Assembly (NCBI GenBank): GCA_965248835.1
Contig: CBDFLJ010000002.1
Span: 32,001-96,000, forward strand
Source of the DNA: Alphaproteobacteria bacterium
GTDB taxonomy: Bacteria > Pseudomonadota > Alphaproteobacteria > MPNO01
Reading direction: 5' to 3'
Length of the DNA: 64,000 nt
This document shows, in pieces, positions 59,878 to 64,000 of this stretch. The notes beneath the pieces are model-generated. The model had not been told where the DNA came from and ran no database searches. It was given only the letters and a program-made list of their open reading frames with translations. A program made the translations under genes and the position numbers. The stretch's first letter is position 1. Each line of letters begins with the position of its first letter.

Positions 59878-60615
59878 ATGGCCGAAATCGGAACCACCAC
59901 GAAAGCGCGGCCGGCCAACTTCGAGATCAACCATACCGCGCCAAGGATCATCGACATCAGCCTCGATCTCGATGCCGAGACCTTTCACATGCGCTCCTAC
60001 GCCGGGTTCAAGAAGAACATGGAGTTCGAGGTCGAGGTAATCAAAGACTATCCCGGCGGGCTCGGCCAGATCGTGCGCGGTGTGCACATGCGGCTGCACG
60101 CGGGCAGCCACGTCGATGCCCCTTCGCATATGCTGCAAGGCGGCATCGACATCCACGAGGTGCCGCTGGCGGCCTTCATGGGCGATGCCGTGCTGGCCGA
60201 CGTCCGCCACCGCGGCAGGCAGGAAGCGATCACCGTCGCCGACCTCGAAGCAACGGCGGGCGGCATGCGGCCGGGGGACCGGGTGCTGCTGCGCACCGAC
60301 GTCAACGAGACCTATGACGGCTCGCCGGAATGGATCGAGCGGTCGCCCTATTTAGACGGACCTGCGGTCGACTGGCTCGCCGCGCGCGGCGCCTCGCTGA
60401 TCGGGTTCGACTTCTACCACGCCAACTGTGCGCCCGGCGTCCCGCAGGACTACAGCACCTCGCGCCACGCCGCGGAAGCCGGAATGCTGACCATGCCCTA
60501 TATCCGCAATCTCGGTGCCATCACCAAGCCGCGCTTCACTCTGATCGCGCTGCCGCTCAAGGTGATCAACGTCGAAGCCTCGCCGGTCCGCGCGATCGTG
60601 ATCGAAGGCGATTAG
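59878..60615 (+). CDS. Cyclase/kynurenine formamidase family protein
   Basis: HAGSHVDAP.H, LLRT and ALPLK...ASPVRA. Confidence 0.88.
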   Translation: MAEIGTTTKARPANFEINHTAPRIIDISLDLDAETFHMRSYAGFKKNMEFEVEVIKDYPGGLGQIVRGVHMRLHAGSHVDAPSHMLQGGIDIHEVPLAAFMGDAVLADVRHRGRQEAITVADLEATAGGMRPGDRVLLRTDVNETYDGSPEWIERSPYLDGPAVDWLAARGASLIGFDFYHANCAPGVPQDYSTSRHAAEAGMLTMPYIRNLGAITKPRFTLIALPLKVINVEASPVRAIVIEGD

Positions 60616-60652
60616 CGGACGTCCCAATCGGATCGAGCAGGCCCGGCCCGCT

Positions 60653-61387
60653 TCAGGCGTCCGAAGCGCCGAACAGCGCCCGGGCGGCGGCGAGGTCCTC
60701 GTGGGTGTCGATCTCCGCCCAGCGCAGCCCTTCGATCGAGAACCAGGTGACCGCTCCGGTTCCGGCGAGATCATGGACCGGCTTGAGGAACCAGGACTTG
60801 AGTCCGCCGGGCGCGCGCATCGCATCCTCCAGCGCATCGACGTAGAGGCCCGGCCCCTTGCCCCGGAAAGACAGCAGGCCGATCGATTCGCCGCCGACGC
60901 GCTCCGGTGGCAGCCCCTTGCCGACGGCGATTACTCGCTCGCCGTCGAGTTCGACCTTCATGTCATCGGCGTCGTAGTCCGCCTTGCGGTCGATGGTCAC
61001 CGCGATCGGGCCGGCGGCGCTCGACAGGACCTTGTCGAGCAGGTCGTGCGAAAACACCGTATCGCCGTTGAGGATCATGAAATCCCCGGTCATGTGAGCG
61101 CGGGTCATCCAACAGCTCGCGAGGTTGTCCGCAACGTGGAAGAACGGGTTATAGAGGTTCTCGACCCGGACGCCGTTGGCGGGGAAATCCTGAATCACCG
61201 CCTCGACCTGACGGGTTTTGAACCCGCTGACGACGACGATGTCCTCGATGCCGCAATCGCGCAGGACGCCGAGCTGATGCTCGAGAACCGACTTGCCGGA
61301 AACCACCGGCAGAAGACATTTGGGCGCGTCCTTGGTGAGCGGCAGGAGGCGCGAGCCGCGCCCGGCAGCGAGGATGATGACCTTCAT
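60653..61387 (-). CDS. Cytidylyltransferase-family nucleotidyltransferase (LicC-like)
   Basis: ILAAGRGSRL..T...PKCL, NGD, DDMKV, GESIG and WAEID. Confidence 0.88.
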   Translation of the reverse strand: MKVIILAAGRGSRLLPLTKDAPKCLLPVVSGKSVLEHQLGVLRDCGIEDIVVVSGFKTRQVEAVIQDFPANGVRVENLYNPFFHVADNLASCWMTRAHMTGDFMILNGDTVFSHDLLDKVLSSAAGPIAVTIDRKADYDADDMKVELDGERVIAVGKGLPPERVGGESIGLLSFRGKGPGLYVDALEDAMRAPGGLKSWFLKPVHDLAGTGAVTWFSIEGLRWAEIDTHEDLAAARALFGASDA

Positions 61388-62094
61388 CGCGCGTCGTGGC
61401 CGCGCATAAGCTGCGCACTCTGCCAATCGGCGATCTCGATGCCGCGGGCCGGAGCCCGGCCGCGCAGGCCCCGCCCGGGGTGGACGGCGACGCCGTGGTC
61501 GGCCCATTCGAGCAGCGCAAGATCGGACACGTCATCGGAATAGGCGACGATCCGGCGGTCTCCGCGCTTGCCCGCGAGCGCCGCCTCCAGGGCCGCGAGC
61601 TTGACCGGGCCGTAGCAGTTCCCACCCGCGATGCGCAGCTTGCCCGCCGACCATGACGAGCGGGTGCAGACCACGGTATCGATGCCCAGCGCAGCCGCGA
61701 CCGGCTCGGCGTAAAGGTCGAGCGAGGCCGTCGCCAGCACCAGGCGATCGCCCGCGCGGCGGTGCCGATCGATGGTCGCGACCGCGCCCGGACGCAGGCC
61801 GCAAGCGAGGATTCGCTCGGCAAACACGCCGGCGAAGGCGGCGATTCGGGCGCGGTCGAGGCCGCCAGCCGCAACGCCGAGCCCGACGTCCTTGAGGCGC
61901 TTGCGATCGATGAGGCCGAGTGCGCAGCCGAGATAGGCCGTCGCCAGCACCAACGCCGCAGGCCAGCGCGCCGGCCGGCGGCGCAGGATGGACCACAGGA
62001 ATGGCGTCCACGTCCCGCGGCGCGTCAGCGTCCGATCGAGATCGAAGATCGCGATCGTCCGGCACCCCGACGTGTTCGACACGGCATCCAGCAT
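61384..62094 (-). CDS. HAD-IB family phosphatase
   Basis: FDLDRTL, ATAS, NCYG..K and AYSD..SD. Confidence 0.88.
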   Translation of the reverse strand: MLDAVSNTSGCRTIAIFDLDRTLTRRGTWTPFLWSILRRRPARWPAALVLATAYLGCALGLIDRKRLKDVGLGVAAGGLDRARIAAFAGVFAERILACGLRPGAVATIDRHRRAGDRLVLATASLDLYAEPVAAALGIDTVVCTRSSWSAGKLRIAGGNCYGPVKLAALEAALAGKRGDRRIVAYSDDVSDLALLEWADHGVAVHPGRGLRGRAPARGIEIADWQSAQLMRGHDAR

Positions 62095-63329
62095 CAGGCC
62101 GTCCCGGTCCCGTCGGCCGCTTCGGCCAGCCAGGAAACGACGCCGCGCCCTCGCCGGCGGGCGGCAAAGGCCTGGCCCAGCCGAGCCAGATGGAAGCCCA
62201 GGCAGATCACCGTCCAGACGGCGACGGCGTAGAAACCGAGCTCGGGCCGGCCGAACACGACCGCGATGCTCAACAGCGCGAGGTTCGGGTTGCGCCGCGC
62301 GGTCACCTGGCGGACCAATGAATCGATCGGCCGCCAGATGTGAATCTGGATCGCGAACACCTTCAGGAAGACCATTTCGATGAGGCGCCCGGCGAGATAG
62401 CCGGCCAGGATGATCCACATCGCTGCCTCCAGCGTGGCGCCGGCGGCCGTGCCGCCCAGCCCCCACCACCAGGCGGCCCACCAGAATGGCGGGTGGATCA
62501 GGTCGATCCCGTGGTCGAAGACGTTGCCCCATTTCGACGCGCTGTGGGTCACCCGCGCGAGCTTGCCATCGACCGTATCGAGAAAGGTCATCGTCCAGCC
62601 GACCAGGAGGCCGGCCGCGAACAGCCCGCCGGCGAACAGCGCTGTCGCGACCAGCACCAGCACGAGGCTCGTCGCGGTGACGGTGTTGGGCGTGATGCGG
62701 CGCTCGGCCGCCCAGCGCGTCGCCGCGCGGGCGGGGTAAGGCCAGAGCCACTTGGTCACGAAATCGGTCACGCCCTTGTAGGAGGCTCCGAACGTCCGCC
62801 GCTCCACCTCGTCCAGCGGCGTTTCGAGCAGCGAGCCGACATAAGGCGGCTCACGCTTGCGCAGCGCCCTGTTGTAGACGGTCCCGATCGATCCCGCTTC
62901 GAGGATTTCGAGGCCGAGTTCGGCCACTGCCGCGGCGTCGGCGGCGTTGCGCCCAATCGCATCGGCGATGCGCAGACACGCGTCGGGCGGCGCGCCCGGG
63001 CCGAGATGGGCCAGCACGATGCGTTCGCACGTCCCCTCGGCGCCCGGGGCCACCAGCAGCACGCCCGGGCGCCGCGCCAGATCCGCTGCCAGCCCGGCGT
63101 CGAGGACCCAGTCGGCGCCGACGAAGATCAACCCGGTGTGCGCGGTCTCGGGCGCCGTCGTCGCGGCCGGCATGACGCCCGCCATGCGAAAGGTTCGGTA
63201 GAGCCGCTCCTCGGCGTCCATTCCCCACAGCCTGACATGGCACGACCCGACCACGCGCAGGCGCGGCGGGCCGCATCCGAGTGCGACGGCGCCAGGCGCG
63301 CGCTCGTCTTCGGTCGCCAAGCTGTCCAT
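62094..63329 (-). CDS. CDP-alcohol phosphatidyltransferase with N-terminal soluble domain
   Basis: YKGVTDFVTK, TPN.VT and DTVDGKLAR.....S..G..FDHGID. Confidence 0.9.
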   Translation of the reverse strand: MDSLATEDERAPGAVALGCGPPRLRVVGSCHVRLWGMDAEERLYRTFRMAGVMPAATTAPETAHTGLIFVGADWVLDAGLAADLARRPGVLLVAPGAEGTCERIVLAHLGPGAPPDACLRIADAIGRNAADAAAVAELGLEILEAGSIGTVYNRALRKREPPYVGSLLETPLDEVERRTFGASYKGVTDFVTKWLWPYPARAATRWAAERRITPNTVTATSLVLVLVATALFAGGLFAAGLLVGWTMTFLDTVDGKLARVTHSASKWGNVFDHGIDLIHPPFWWAAWWWGLGGTAAGATLEAAMWIILAGYLAGRLIEMVFLKVFAIQIHIWRPIDSLVRQVTARRNPNLALLSIAVVFGRPELGFYAVAVWTVICLGFHLARLGQAFAARRRGRGVVSWLAEAADGTGTA

Positions 63330-63497
63330 TCTTGCGTGCAAGGCCCCTCTCGCAACGGCGCGCCCACCGGCGGGCGCGCACCGGTCATAGACTCGATCAT
63401 CCGACACGGATCGCCGATAGATCCCAGCCACGACAGCAGGTGTCAAGGCTTCTGCAGCGGTTATACTGCCCTGACGGACCAGCCGAAAGGAACGCCG

Positions 63498-63944
63498 ATG
63501 AGCGACGACAACGCGATCAACGGGACAATGGTGAGGTTCGGCTACCCGGACACGCTGATCGCCGAATACGACCACTGGGCGGTCCTGCTTCGCCCGGCCC
63601 AGGTGACCTTCGGGGCGCTGGTGCTGGCGGCCAAGGGGCCGGCGACCGCGTTCTCCGGCCTTCCGGGGCCGGCCTTCGCCGAGATGGAGGTGGTGAGCAA
63701 AGCGATCGAGCGTGGGCTGGCGGCTTCGGTCTCCTACGAGAAGATCAACTACCTGATGCTGATGATGGTCGATCCGCACGTCCATTTTCACGTGCTGCCG
63801 CGCTACGAGGGCGAGCGGTCGTTCGCCGGCACCGTGTTCCCGGACCTCGGTTGGCCGGCGGCGCCGCGTCTGGATCAGGCGCCGGAATTGACCGACTCGG
63901 CGGCGCTCCGGGACCACTTGAAAGCAGCTTGGCCGAGCGTGTGA
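63498..63944 (+). CDS. HIT family protein
   Basis: KINYLMLMMVDPHVHFHVLPRY. Confidence 0.88.
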   Translation: MSDDNAINGTMVRFGYPDTLIAEYDHWAVLLRPAQVTFGALVLAAKGPATAFSGLPGPAFAEMEVVSKAIERGLAASVSYEKINYLMLMMVDPHVHFHVLPRYEGERSFAGTVFPDLGWPAAPRLDQAPELTDSAALRDHLKAAWPSV

Positions 63945-64000
63945 GGAGGCGCGTTCAAGGCGTCGCCGGCACCTCGGCGCGGACGATGCGCCGCACCAGC

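Noticed and set aside
1-64000. CRISPR array, cas genes, retron or other reverse transcriptase
   Set aside because: No regularly spaced repeat-spacer series and no Cas or RT motifs were seen

Overview
High-GC, alphaproteobacterial-looking chromosomal segment; the taxonomy is inferred from gene content and regulatory motifs. Most of it is dense accessory catabolism: three xanthine-dehydrogenase-family Mo subunits, two orphan Rieske alpha subunits, amidohydrolases, an EboE/M24/2-oxoacid-dehydrogenase operon, a divergent enolase-kinase operon and a permuted ComE-ComD fusion. Housekeeping genes are interspersed (nrdAB with NrdR boxes, speDE, gloB, metF), and a membrane-lipid modification cluster sits at the right end. 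A roughly 7 kb, lower-GC, decayed island lies behind tRNA-Ala(CGC) at 49315-56190. It holds IS5 and IS256 elements, an IS-split toxin-antitoxin pair and a phage-tail remnant. The most unusual observation is non-coding: just inside the island, 49560-49899 plus 50736-50883 (split by an IS5) can be folded by hand into a group I ribozyme-like core. P/Q/R/S-like motifs occur in the right order with P3, P4, P6, P7, P8 and P9 pairings, but there is no visible P1 or host gene, and it ends in a tRNA-like module and an intrinsic terminator. All calls were made by eye from motifs; no database or covariance search was run.
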